64,000 nucleotides of DNA, taken from positions 18,476,001-18,540,000 of the forward strand of contig NC_043001.1 in NCBI RefSeq assembly GCF_006345805.1, given 5' to 3'. The notes under the pieces are model-generated. The model was not told the DNA's origin. It saw only the letters and a program-made list of their open reading frames with translations, and ran no database searches. Origin of the DNA: Octopus sinensis. Taxonomy: Eukaryota. Each line of letters begins with the position of its first letter. Position 1 is the first letter of the stretch. This document shows positions 52,629 to 64,000 of the stretch, one piece after another. The position numbers and the translations under genes were made by a program.

Positions 52629-53148
52629 CCGTAAATCCACGAGTATAATCCGCATTTCCCCCCAAAATTTAAAGGTCAAAATCCCTGGTGCGTACTATAT
52701 ACGAGGTTAAAAATGAAAAACATTTTCTAAGCAATGTTCAAGTCTCTATTTGCTGTCTGGTAATGTTTATTCAGACGCATTTTATGATGACGAGCGCGAA
52801 AATACCTTAAGCTAAGCCTGAAAGCAATGAAGTCATAAAAGAATCATCCATAACTTACAGTAAGCAACATTTATTAAAATAAAAGTATTCAGAACACAGA
52901 ATAACATGTAACAAAAACAATTTGCAAATATAATTACATTCCCATATAACAATTAAGAACATCACCATTATTGTATTACGCATGTGCGAAAGTGTTTGTC
53001 CGATAGGTGCTGCTGGCTTAATTACGCACGACTCAAGTTAGAGAAATGGTGCGTATTATACATAAGGTTTAGGTTTTTCAGAGGTACAACCCCCTAAAAA
53101 TCCCCTGCGTATTATACTCAAGGGCGGACTATACTCGAGGATTTACGG
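52629..53148. mobile_element. pogo/Tigger-like MITE
   Basis: TA|CCGTAAATCCACGAGTATAATCCGC ... GCGGACTATACTCGAGGATTTACGG|TA. Confidence 0.85.
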
Positions 53149-53453
53149 TAAATCATAACGTTTGTCGTAGCGAGACTAAATATATGTACATTAATTATAC
53201 TCTATACGTATGTATTCATAACCTACATTCTCTTGGTACTATAGTTACAATTAATGTTGGGCGACAACCTAATTTCATTATGTCAGTCGAGTTGTGGCAT
53301 TTACAACTTACATCTTAATAAGAAGCTGTTTTTGGCACCTTCTAAGGGAGATGTAAACGAATATCTCTGAGTCGTAGATACGACGAAACTAGTCGGTTCC
53401 GTCCTAGTTTCACAGGGTCTAATTTCAGAGCGAGACTAATTATATATTAAATA

Positions 53454-54378
53454 TTGGGTCACCCCATAAATAATGCGGTATTTTTAATACTTCTTTTACT
53501 TTTCAAAATTAAGATAAACAAAGTTATTTTTAATCTAAAATACACTTTCCTTCATTTTCTACAATGCTCTTCCATCTATTTGGTAGACTTGCAAGGACCC
53601 TCTTCCAAAATTCACTTGTCCGTAACGAAAAATACTCCTGCGGTACCGTTCTGACCTCGTCTACAGAGTTCATATTGTTTCCATCTAAATGATTTTGAAG
53701 ACTGCGGAATAAGTGATAATCAGATGGGGCAATGTCCGGCGAATATGGTCGGTGGGGAATCGTTTCTCAAACAAACTGCTCTGGCCTTTGGAATGTCATC
53801 CTCGCTGTATGTGGCCGAGCATTATTCTGATGGAAGAACACCTCTTGTCATGAGACCAAAGAAGGTCGTTTTTCTTCTAGCGCTGACTTGAATGACTGGT
53901 TGAATGATCAAATCTAAGCTTCTCTGCTAGTTCCTCAACAGTTACGATGAGATTTTGTTCTACTAGGGTTTGCAAGATATCCTCGTCGAGCTCTACAGAT
54001 CTTCCAGGATGAGGCTCATCTTCTAGACTGTACTTTTCCGCTCCGAATTTCTGGAACCGCCATTGACACTGGCTTACGCTTATTGTCCAATCACCATATA
54101 CTGCATCAATATTCATCACACTTCCCATTGTAGTGTTGCCTTTATTGAACTCATAAAACAAGATATGCCAAATATGCTCCTTTGTCACTTCCATTATAAG
54201 CTTTGAAAAAATAACTGTTAAAATGGAACTGCACTCTTCAAAACTTACACTAAGAATAAGGACAAGGTAAAATTACTACCTGCTTTTATAGCAAGTTGAT
54301 GCAGGTAGTTTATCCCGTTCCCTTCCGACTTTTAGTTCATGCCATTGAAAAAACTGCATTATTTATGGGATGAACCAA
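53454..54378 (-). mobile_element. Internally deleted mariner with both TIRs and a transposase remnant
   Basis: TA-flanked TIRs TTGGGTCACCCCATAAATAATGC / GCATTATTTATGGGATGAACCAA. ORF MEVTKEHIWHILFYEF...LEDEPHPGRSVE from 54194. Confidence 0.9.
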
Positions 54379-55469
54379 TACATTGATATGGAAACACTCG
54401 GAATCAAGATTGACTTAGGCATTAGGTAGCATGCTTTTGATATTGTTTTAGATGCCTAGGTAGTCGTGAGCCGGCATTAGACGCCACCTCAGCCTTCTGG
54501 CCCAGCGGGATTTGCCAACTGGGAGAAGGTTGCACCAACACTGAGCTGGTACCCGTTAACAGCTGAGCAGACGGGAGCAACGTGAAATGAAGTGCCTTGA
54601 TCAAGGACACAACCCACTGCCTGAACCAAGAATAGAACACACGACTATGTGATCGTGAGGCTAAACCTTAACCACCAAGCCACATGCCTACAATACGTGT
54701 AATACATAGAGCAACGAGAAGATATCCTTTATATTGATTTCAAATTTTGGCACAAGGCCAGTAATTTTGGAGGATGAGGTAAGTCGATTAGAATTTTTTT
54801 ATTACCCACAAGGGGCCAACACAGAGGTAAGTAAATTATGTTGGCCCACCCCTCCAGTGCTCAGCTGGTTCTTATTTCATCGACCTTGAAGGGATGAAAG
54901 GTAAAGTCGACTTCGGTGGAATTTGAACTCAGAGCATAAACACGGACGAAATGCCACTAGGCATTTTATCCGGCATGCGAACGATTCTGCCAGTTAGCCG
55001 CCATATAAGTTCCCTTTATATTAGAATGGAATTTATTGTCTAAAATTCGTTGTTTCCTTCATTTCGAGGGACATTATTCAACTTGACAGGTCGATGATGT
55101 GTTTGGGAAATTTTGTAATTAAATTATAATCGATAAATATATATCTACTTTCAACGATTAAATTTCGAGTGACAGACTTAATCCGCTGCTCAGGTTAACT
55201 TCCTCCTTCTGACCTCTGGGTCTTCAGTGAAGTCCACATACTTGCAACCTTTCCAGCTTGGCCTACGTTCTCATATTAACTTCTCTCCCACCCTCAAACC
55301 TTGAAACACATCATAAGCGTTGCTCTTTTCCCTCTAACCAATCATTAATCTCCTCACAATTCTCTCTCTGTTTATCTATCTATCTAGTTAGCTAGCTAGC
55401 TAGCTATCTGTCTACCTCACACACACGCAAGCTCTCTCTCTCTCTCTCTCTCTCACTCACTGTTTGTGT

Positions 55470-56055
55470 TGAAGGCTAGCAAACCGAAACGTTCAAGGAG
55501 ATCCTGTGCAACTGAAATCCGAGTGTCAGCTGAAAACAGTTTTGTCATAAACTTGACAGACACGCATCTCATATCCAAATCTTCAGTGATAATGGACTGA
55601 ACTGAACCGTAACTAATATGCACATCCTCTGATAACTCACGGATGGTCATTCGACGATTTCCCCTCACATCTGAATGCATATCTGTGATGTTTTTTCTCA
55701 GTTCTGCTGGTTGTGGGTCTCCCAGAACGTTAATCAATATCGACATTTTTCAGCCAACTTGAAAAGGTCCGAACCACTCGTACACTTGTGTGCGGCTCAT
55801 ACACTCCTCTCCATACACTTTCTACAACTTTGCTTAGAGCTCTGAGCAAGTATCGTCATGACAACTTTCTCTGTCTTAGTCAATGTTACGATCACACGCT
55901 AGAAACCTTTCTTCCAAGCGCTGCTGTAAACAGAGGTGAGCTACAGCATTAAAACTTAGTGCACATGCACAGCAGAGTTCAAGGTCAATCTGTGCCAAGC
56001 GGTTTTACTCTGCATGTTTTAGCTTCGTTACTATGGCAACAGTCCGGAGATTTAT
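55470..56055 (-). mobile_element. Degenerate mariner transposase fragment
   Basis: RTQVYEWF...NRRMTIRELSEDVHISYGSVQSIITEDL helix-turn-helix region. Confidence 0.75.
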
Positions 56056-56060
56056 GGATC

Positions 56061-56206
56061 AGTTTATTTCAAGATTTCTTGCCAATAGAAAAAGAACCGG
56101 TTTCTAACCTAGATCCAAGGTTCTTTCATTGAAATTTCAACAGCAACAACAAGGTATTTTTGCTTATATATATGTATGTATTTATGTACGTATTTATGTA
56201 TGTATG

Positions 56207-56237
<31 letters not shown>

Positions 56238-56342
56238 GTATTTTTACAGTTCCAGTGATGGATTGGATCTGTACTTTTCGAATTAGCTTTCTCCTTTCTG
56301 GTTTTGAGAAGCCTAATTTCTCAAGATTGGTATTCAGGTAGT
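56061..56342 (-). mobile_element. R4/Dong 3' end, second copy, abutting (TATG)n at 56347-56622
   Basis: Aligns by eye to 49969-50395. Confidence 0.8.
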
Positions 56343-56455
56343 ACACGTATGTATGTATGTATGTATGTATGTATGTATGTATGTATGTATGTATGTATGT
56401 ATGTATGTATGTATGTATGTATGTATGTATCTATGCATGCATGTATGTGTGTGTG

Positions 56456-56489
<34 letters not shown>

Positions 56490-56547
56490 TGTATGTATGT
56501 ATGTATGTATGTATGTATTTATGCATGCATGTATGTATGCATGCATG

Positions 56548-56579
<32 letters not shown>

Positions 56580-56656
56580 CATGTATGTATGTATGTATGT
56601 ATGTATGTATGTATGTATGTATATAACAAAGAACTCTGTCAGAAGTCTCTACTTAC

Positions 56657-56762
56657 CTTCATCACTTACTATCGTAACAATTGTGCGATTTGCTCTTCCG
56701 AGTTCCGCACCACATGTTGGGTCGCTTAACTCCAATTGGAAATTCAAATCACTCTTCCCACT
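56657..56762 (-). CDS. SLC8A: Na+/Ca2+ exchanger exon (C-terminal strands of CBD2)
   Basis: ttcggcag|AGT ... GAA G|gtaagt, 106 bp, phase 0/1, matching both neighbours. SGKSDLNFQLELSDPTCGAELGRANRTIVTIVSDE. Absent from the ORF track. Confidence 0.9.
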
Positions 56763-56917
56763 CTGCCGAACGTACCATTATATAGTCGAAATATGAAAGT
56801 AGAAGTTAAGATCCATAAGCAACAACTAACAAAATAATCCCTGCGCTTAAGCATACAAGCACCCTTGAAAGGTGTATATATATATATATATATATATATA
56901 CGTACAACAAACACACA

Positions 56918-56954
<37 letters not shown>

Positions 56955-57039
56955 ATGCGTGACCAAATAAAACTAGAAGTAGTAAAGGCAAGAAGAATTT
57001 TAATAATTCTTCAGAAGTGGTTACAGCTGTTTCATAATC

Positions 57040-58200
57040 CACTTAGAATTATATCATCAACACCGATGTTGATGATATAATTCTGCTTCATATTTTGGAA
57101 CAGAAATACAGAAGACGTTACACGATTCCTTAAATTAATAAATAGTATTCAGCAACCGATCCACTTTACTATGGAAATGAATGAAAGGACCTTTTATTTT
57201 TGAACTTTCTGGTAATTAAGGAAAATGAGACGATTACAACGGATCTCTACTGAAAGGAGACGGACACATACTAATCTAAAATTTTAGATCTTTCGACCCA
57301 TCCCATATAAAAAAAAAGAAAATTCCATTTAATACAGCAAGACGTGTATGTTCAGTAGTTACGGACACAAATAGGCCACAGGGACGATTGGAAAATATTT
57401 CTTCAGAGCACAAATATCCTGAAACTTAGTAAATCTTGCTTTAATCAAAATAAAAGAGATGAGATCAGAACCTCCGTATTACGGAGAAGCCTTTACAATG
57501 AGACCGAAGGCAAAAATCACAAATAGAAATACTCCATTTGCAGTCACCTATAATCCTAGAAACCATAACGTCTTACATTCGACCAAGTAATATTTCCCAA
57601 TTATGTAACAGTCACTAAATTTTAAGAAAATAATAATTAGACAAGCACAAATTATAAATAGCCGATAACAACCACCAAAATCTCAAAAACTCTTAATAAA
57701 GGCAAAATTCATGGAGGTAAGAAACTGCAGACATCTCCGTTATGTAAAGTGTGGATCAGAGTAAGAATGGGAAAGAATTGAAAGTTAATGCAAATATGAA
57801 TTTCAAAATAAAACAAAAAAATCACATTTACTGGATCACTATGGGCATAGTGTCCATAGTGCACTAGTCCCCTTCTTCTCTCTGTTTACATTGACAAAAT
57901 CGGATCAAAATGAATAAATCGAGTTAGGGTACATAAGCAACAAATCAAAGATTCATCTCTAAGAAATGACCTATCAAGACATTTGTTATCTACTAAGAAG
58001 GCAAAAGAAGAATACTTTTTGCTAGTTCTAAATCCAAAATTAACCGAAAATAACCAACACTGTTACTAAAACTTCCACCTCAAGGATCACTTCAAAACAT
58101 GTGTGTTTGAAATGCTGTAAACAGTGAAAGCGGTTACACACAAAACAAATACTTCCTCCCAAAGAGTTCGTATCATTCCGTTTTTTAAGATTTTTTAAAC
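57040..58200 (+). mobile_element. Degenerate Penelope-like element (RT thumb to GIY-YIG region)
   Basis: Broken frames give FLNFLVIKENETITTDLY*KETD, KIPFNTARRVCSVV and VTYNPRN. Confidence 0.7.
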
Positions 58201-58750
58201 TCTATAATTGATAATTTCTAATGTACGATATTTCTTCAAATATAGTGACTGTTTTAAGAATACTTTGTAAAATCTTGATTTTTTAAACATATGTATGTAT
58301 ATATAAACACATATAATAGTGTTGTTAGTTATGTTGTAAGCGACATTTGTTAAATTTACAGGAAAAACATTTCTATAAATGGAGTCGAAGGATCTGAAAT
58401 GGTAGTCTCTACACTTCATTGAATCTTCAAATACATTAATAGTTGTCGATGTAGACTATCAGTAAACTTTTGCTGTTTTTTTACGTTTTCTATATTTTAC
58501 ATTTTATAAACACAGTTACCGTCGGCTGAGCCAATTGTCTGATTAAGATTGATTACATCAACGAGCGCAAATCAATATTAATGATATGAAGCAACACATT
58601 AAAATAATGCAGTTGTTGGTCACAGCAGTAATGAATTAATTGAATCTTCCCATCTGTAATCTTACTAATGTTATTTCATCAATAGCCAGTTTTTCCAATA
58701 CTTTATTTATTGTTATGCGACGACAAATCCAATACCAATTTAGTTAACGA

Positions 58751-59564
58751 TATGTATGACCCAAGATATTTGTAATCAGAAACCATATTTAAGAGCGTAT
58801 TGTTGAGAGTATGGATGATGAAATCACTGTTGGACAGGCACTTGTTTATATATTCAGTCTTGGACTCATTGAGGTAAAAACCTACACAATTTGAGGCTGG
58901 TTCAAGAGATTGTAAAAGAGACTGGGCAGTGGAGAGAGAATCACTGATAAGAGCGATGTCGTCTGCAAAGTCAGTGTCTGTTAAGTATTCAGCTGGGTGT
59001 CTGGAACTTCTAGGTTTCATTTCAAAGCCCTTACCAGAAATGGTATCAACTGATATACGTAGCACATTGTCAACGACAATGATGAAGAGAAATGGGGCGA
59101 GTGTGTCTCCCTGCAGTATTCAAACTTAAAATCTTCAAGCTACAGTCGAACCAATTCTACTATATGGCTCAGAAACCTGGACGTTATCAAAGAAGCTTGA
59201 GAGGCCGTTGGATGGAACTTACACTCGCCTCCTTATGAGAGCTCAAAATCTCTGGTGGAAGCGTCATCCAACCAAAGTACAAATATATGGGAAATTACCA
59301 CCTGTATCATCTCTTGTGAAAGGTAGAAGAGTCCAGTTTGCTGGACATTGTTGTAGAGCTGAAAACGAGGTAATTTCTACTCTTGTTCCCTGGAAGCCAT
59401 CTGCTCGCGATACCAGAGGGCGCACATTCTCCTACCCTGATGTAATCTCCAGGGATACAGGCATCCAACAATAGGACCTCCGTAATGCTATGATGGACCG
59501 TGAAGTCTGGCGTAACATAGTAAATTCCATTGTCTCGACCACGGTCGAACAATGAATGAATGAA
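58751..59564. mobile_element. RTE-clade LINE insertion with a 5' inversion (twin-priming geometry)
   Basis: 58751-59118 is antisense RT (LQGDTLAPFLF...FADDIAL...YLGSYI). 59119-59564 is the sense C-terminus (KLKIF...LLYGSETW...DREVWR) plus a (TGAA)n tail. TSD TTAGTTAACGA at 58740-58750 and 59565-59575. Confidence 0.9.
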
Positions 59565-59927
59565 TTAGTTAACGACGAAGGTTCTATGTAGTGGTTTGAT
59601 CTGCTAGAAATAGAAGCGAAATCTTTCTTCCCTCATTGTATACGGGGTATAAGACATTTTGGTACAGCTTAATAATTTCGCTGATCTGACACTGACATTT
59701 TTGGCATCAGACATTTTAATATTCTTGTTTTAATGTTTCTCTCGTTCTCGCTCTCACTCACCCCCTTCCTCCTTCTCTTCGTTTCTCTCTCTCTCTCTCC
59801 TCCTCTCTTTCCTTATGTGTGTGACCATATCTTTTTTATGCGTATGAGGAGGGAGAAAGTGCATGCGTCAGTCTTGTTCAATTGATAAATTGCAATCTCT
59901 CTCCCCCTCTCACAATATCTGTTTGCG

Positions 59928-59958
<31 letters not shown>

Positions 59959-60091
59959 AATACTGTACACTTCGAGAAACTTTTTCGAGTATGCATATAA
60001 TAACTATTTTATTATGCCGGCTACAGCCTAATGATGCCAACTGTCAATAACTGTTTTATGATCGTACCAGTCTGTGCGGACATAATGTAGG

Positions 60092-60139
<48 letters not shown>

Positions 60140-60300
60140 TTCTAATATAGGATGAAGTTTTTTTTACAGAAAAAAATTCCATCAAAAAATGTGACAGCAT
60201 ATTAAAATACCTTTATGGTTAAAATTATAAACAACTTAAGTTTATATTAGTTGTATATATATATATATATATTATATATATATATATGTATGTGTGTGTG

Positions 60301-60331
<31 letters not shown>

Positions 60332-60338
60332 ATATATG

Positions 60339-60374
<36 letters not shown>

Positions 60375-61862
60375 ATATATATATATATATAATATATATA
60401 TATAGGTGAGAAAGTTGGTGTGTGAAAGCACGTGGTTAGATATATAAAAAATAGAAAAGAGTAAAAAGACTACAGAAGGCTTGTTTTATAAGGTTAAATA
60501 ATATATTTAAGTCGTTATGTTAGAAAAATGTTATAAAATTTTGTGTATAGTAACATACTTTGTATATATATATATAATATATATATATATATTATATATA
60601 TATATATATATATACATACACATATATATGTGGGGTGGTGACAGTATATGTTTGTGTATATATGTATGTATGTATGTATATTCAGATTTTGTGGTAGCGC
60701 ATTATTAATTCATATTTTGCATTGTTATATGATATGAAACACACTCGTACGTCTCTTTGTTAGAATCAACTCCTTGTAGAGAATCTAAAACATCTGTTTA
60801 AACTTATTTTCATTATTATCAATCATTGATTCTCCACTGCGTTTAGAGAATAGTTTTATCAGTATAATTTATAGATGGGTGCTGCTTTAATAAGTGTTTC
60901 TAACTTAGGCACAGGGCCAATAATCTTGAAGAGAAGGGAGCTAGTCAATTCCATCATCCTCGGTGCTTTACTTCATCGATCCCGAAAGAACTAAAATCCG
61001 GTGGGATTTGATCTTAAAATGTAAAGAGCCGAAATAAATACCGCAAAGAATATTTTCCGATACTCTAACGGTTCTTCCAGCTCATTGCCAAGGCGTTGCT
61101 TCACTAATTCATATGAAACTGTCCGGCGAGATTTCTTATTTCAGCGTTTTATATATTCTGCACAGAACTACATCTTTTTCGTTAATACTATTCTGAAAAG
61201 CTGTGAATCAATATTAAAATATTTAATTCCTATGTATTCGCGTTTCCTTTTACTTTTGCTATTTTTACTTTTGAACGTCCGTGAAAAAAAGTCTTTCATT
61301 GAAATTCTGCTCAGAGTAAAACCAAGCCACTGGTTATTTCCAGTCTTGATTTCTTTAAGAGCATTTTAGAACGAAGCTATGCAAATATATTTACGATATT
61401 GGAGACTTGCGTCAAGCAACGCAGTAATATATTTTATAGATACTTTGAAATTAGAATTATTGAGAAAATGGCTAAACACGTGTGATAATCAATATTGCAA
61501 AGCCTGAATAAATACTATTTTATTTTGAAATAAACTTCCAATTGTATCAATCGGAAAGAATCTTAGATACAAATCCAAGATTGAGTATATCGATTATAGT
61601 CAGCATATTAAGATGGCCACGCTAGTCTACAGCAGTTACCAAGTTTCCAACTGAAAGTACTTAGTGTGTAGTTATTTAAGATGTATAATCTTTTCCTCTT
61701 TAATAATAGAAATTTTCTTCTATATTCTAATTCCATTCACAAGTACGATGCATTATACTTATGCAAATCAAACTCTATATTTGATCGGTACATTATTTCA
61801 TTGACTCCAGAAAGATGAAAGGCAAGGTTCAAATCATTACAAGGTCAGCTTAGTCTTTGATC

Positions 61863-62301
61863 CGGATCTTTTCGCTTTGAACGGCAGTTTTTTCTAGCGA
61901 TGTCATATGAAATTGTCAACCATAATTATGACCCTAGTATCGATCTATTGCATTTCAATCTGTTTTAAGGTTAGGGTTAGTTAGGGTTAGGGTTAGGGTT
62001 AGGGGTTGGGGAAAGGGTATCTTTTTTCTTCAGAAATGTAAATAAACCCAATCTGTTTCTTAAACGAGGGACATATTCATACGGCACAAAATGTTTTCAC
62101 CTCAATAGACGTCATTGATTGGTTGAAATTGCAGAAATTGAAGAAATAAAACAAAAAATATCTTACAAACTATAGAATTTTCTCAATAAAGCCAAGAGAA
62201 AAAGATGTTTTATAAACACATTCTACCAGTATACGAAGTTTAAAAGTGTTTAGTTACGTGGAAATTATTAAAAAAAACTGCCGTTCAAACCGAAAAGATC
62301 C
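61863..62301. mobile_element. MITE with ~30-bp TIRs and an internal (TTAGGG)n tract
   Basis: GGATCTTTTCGCTTTGAACGGCAGTTTTT ... AAAAAACTGCCGTTCAAACCGAAAAGATCC. Left-half copies sit in both palindrome arms (about 34438-34690 and 36140-36384). Confidence 0.85.
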
Positions 62302-63318
62302 TTTTATCCTTCCAGGGTCGATAAAATTAAATAGCAGCCAAGAACAGGGGTCAATTTGACCGAGTAACCCTACCCTATAAATTTCAGGCCTTACGTTTAT
62401 GTCAGAAACAATTCTTGAGGGCGTCGGACAGATGTAATCATTAGAATGTCGGACAAAATCCTTTACGGTATTTAATGCGTCTCTTTACGTTCTGAGTTCA
62501 AGTCCTGCTGGCATCTACATTACCTTTTATCCCGCCGAGGCTGATAAAATAAAGTACCAGTCATATATTGTGCCGATGTACTCAATTTAGCCTCATCCCC
62601 ATCCCTATGAATGCCAAAGCTTGAGCCTGCATTAGAAAGGCATTTCCAAAATTTAATATGCGCCATGTATTTATTACTAATTATAGACGTTTCCTGTATC
62701 ATAATGTCGTTCATAACTAAGACACATCATAGGAATATAAACCAACATCAGAATTTATTTGGCACTTAGTTTTATCGGTTATCTCTTTTATATTTTGCCT
62801 TTTACTCGTTTCAGTCAGTAGACCGAGGCCATGCTGGGGCATCGCCTTGAAAATTTTTTAGTTGAAAGAATTGACTCCGGTTTTATTTTTGATGCCTGCT
62901 ACTTATTGCTACTTATTCTATCGGTCCTTTTTGCCGAACCGCAACACGGGGACGTAAAGACACCAACACCGGTTGTCAAGCGGTGATGGGGGAACAAACA
63001 CTCCCTCCACACACACACATGTATGCATTTATACGACAGGTTTCTTTCAGTTTCCGTCGACCAAATCCCTTCACAAGGCTTTGATCGACTAAAACCTTTC
63101 AAGACGGTGACCCAGCATAGGGCACAATCCAATGACCGAAGCAAGTGAAAGATAAAAGATTAAAGAAATTCTAGATGCACAATATTTGGAAACAAATATA
63201 AGTGATAATCATAGCATAGCTACTGGGTGTTTTTGAGAAGTTCGTCTACTGGAGCAAGGTTGACCTGGGGCTAAACAGCCACAAAAAGATAAACACACAC
63301 GAACGCACACACATACGA

Positions 63319-63405
<87 letters not shown>

Positions 63406-63453
63406 ACACGAACGCACACACAAACAGACAAAATATTTAAAAATCAAATTTAC

Positions 63454-63683
63454 CTTGCCTAATATTGGGATATCGATATTTTTGCTTGTTTCGCCGTGGG
63501 CGAAAGTCAAAATACCGCTTCCACCAACAAAATCAGTTCCATCTGTCGCAGATATCGGACTCGTCTGCCACGAAACCATGATTTCGCCATCAGCGCCGTT
63601 TATACGGTTAACTGTAACGAGTGCGTTCGGCAGACTTTCTTTCACCACGTAGCTCGGTTTGCTAAATTCTAGTCGACCAGGCT
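63454..63683 (-). CDS. SLC8A: Na+/Ca2+ exchanger exon (Calx-beta domain CBD2); the gene continues beyond the window
   Basis: attacag|AG CCT ... GGC AAG|gtaaat, phase 1/0. EPGRLEFSKPSYVVKES...VNRINGADG...DFVGGSGILTFAHGETSKNIDIPILGK. Confidence 0.95.
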
Positions 63684-63751
63684 CTGTAATTATAAATACA
63701 TATAAACTGTACAAATCTCATTTAAATAAATACATTTCACAATTACTGCAA

Positions 63752-63785
<34 letters not shown>

Positions 63786-64000
63786 TCATATACTCTGTAA
63801 AAATAGAAAAAAAGATACTATAGATATACCTCTGTCTTTAAATACTTATGAGTGCCTGTGTTCGCGCGAGCGTTTGTGTGTTTCAATAATGTGTAGTGTA
63901 TATAAGTATGTATATATATATAGTGAGAATTTACAAAAAAAATGCAAAAAAGACGAAGACGGGTGTGTAAACAACAAACGGATGTATTAGTTTTACGCTC

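Noticed and set aside
61971-62005. TTAGGG runs as a telomere or fusion scar
   Set aside because: Short and embedded at the same position in several MITE copies.

Overview
AT-rich animal genomic DNA, very dense in microsatellites and transposons. The SINE/Helitron families and (TA)n/(TACA)n load point to an octopus-type cephalopod (inference). Three gene pieces are visible. (1) A + strand terminal coding exon of an unidentified gene (674-1144). (2) A 1.3-kb + strand Pro/Lys/Ser-rich exon (16525-17861, tentatively DENND2/ST5-like N-terminus), broken by a +1 frameshift in an A10 run. (3) The last five exons of a - strand Na+/Ca2+ exchanger (NCX/SLC8; 63683 down to 45285), whose splice phases join into one frame covering CBD2, the alpha-2 repeat and the C-terminal helices. 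The rest is SINEs, Helitrons, mariner/pogo/hAT elements and CR1, RTE, R4/Dong and Penelope remnants. The main oddities are a 6-kb two-module higher-order satellite whose 22-mer carries a TCF/LEF site plus helper-like RCCG motifs and whose 10-mer carries a Grainyhead-type AACCGGTT, a 3.1-kb palindrome, long near-perfect hairpins close to coding exons, a twin-primed RTE insertion with a TSD, a U6-SINE junction, and a CBD2 lacking its acidic Ca2+ loop. All coordinates and counts were read by eye.
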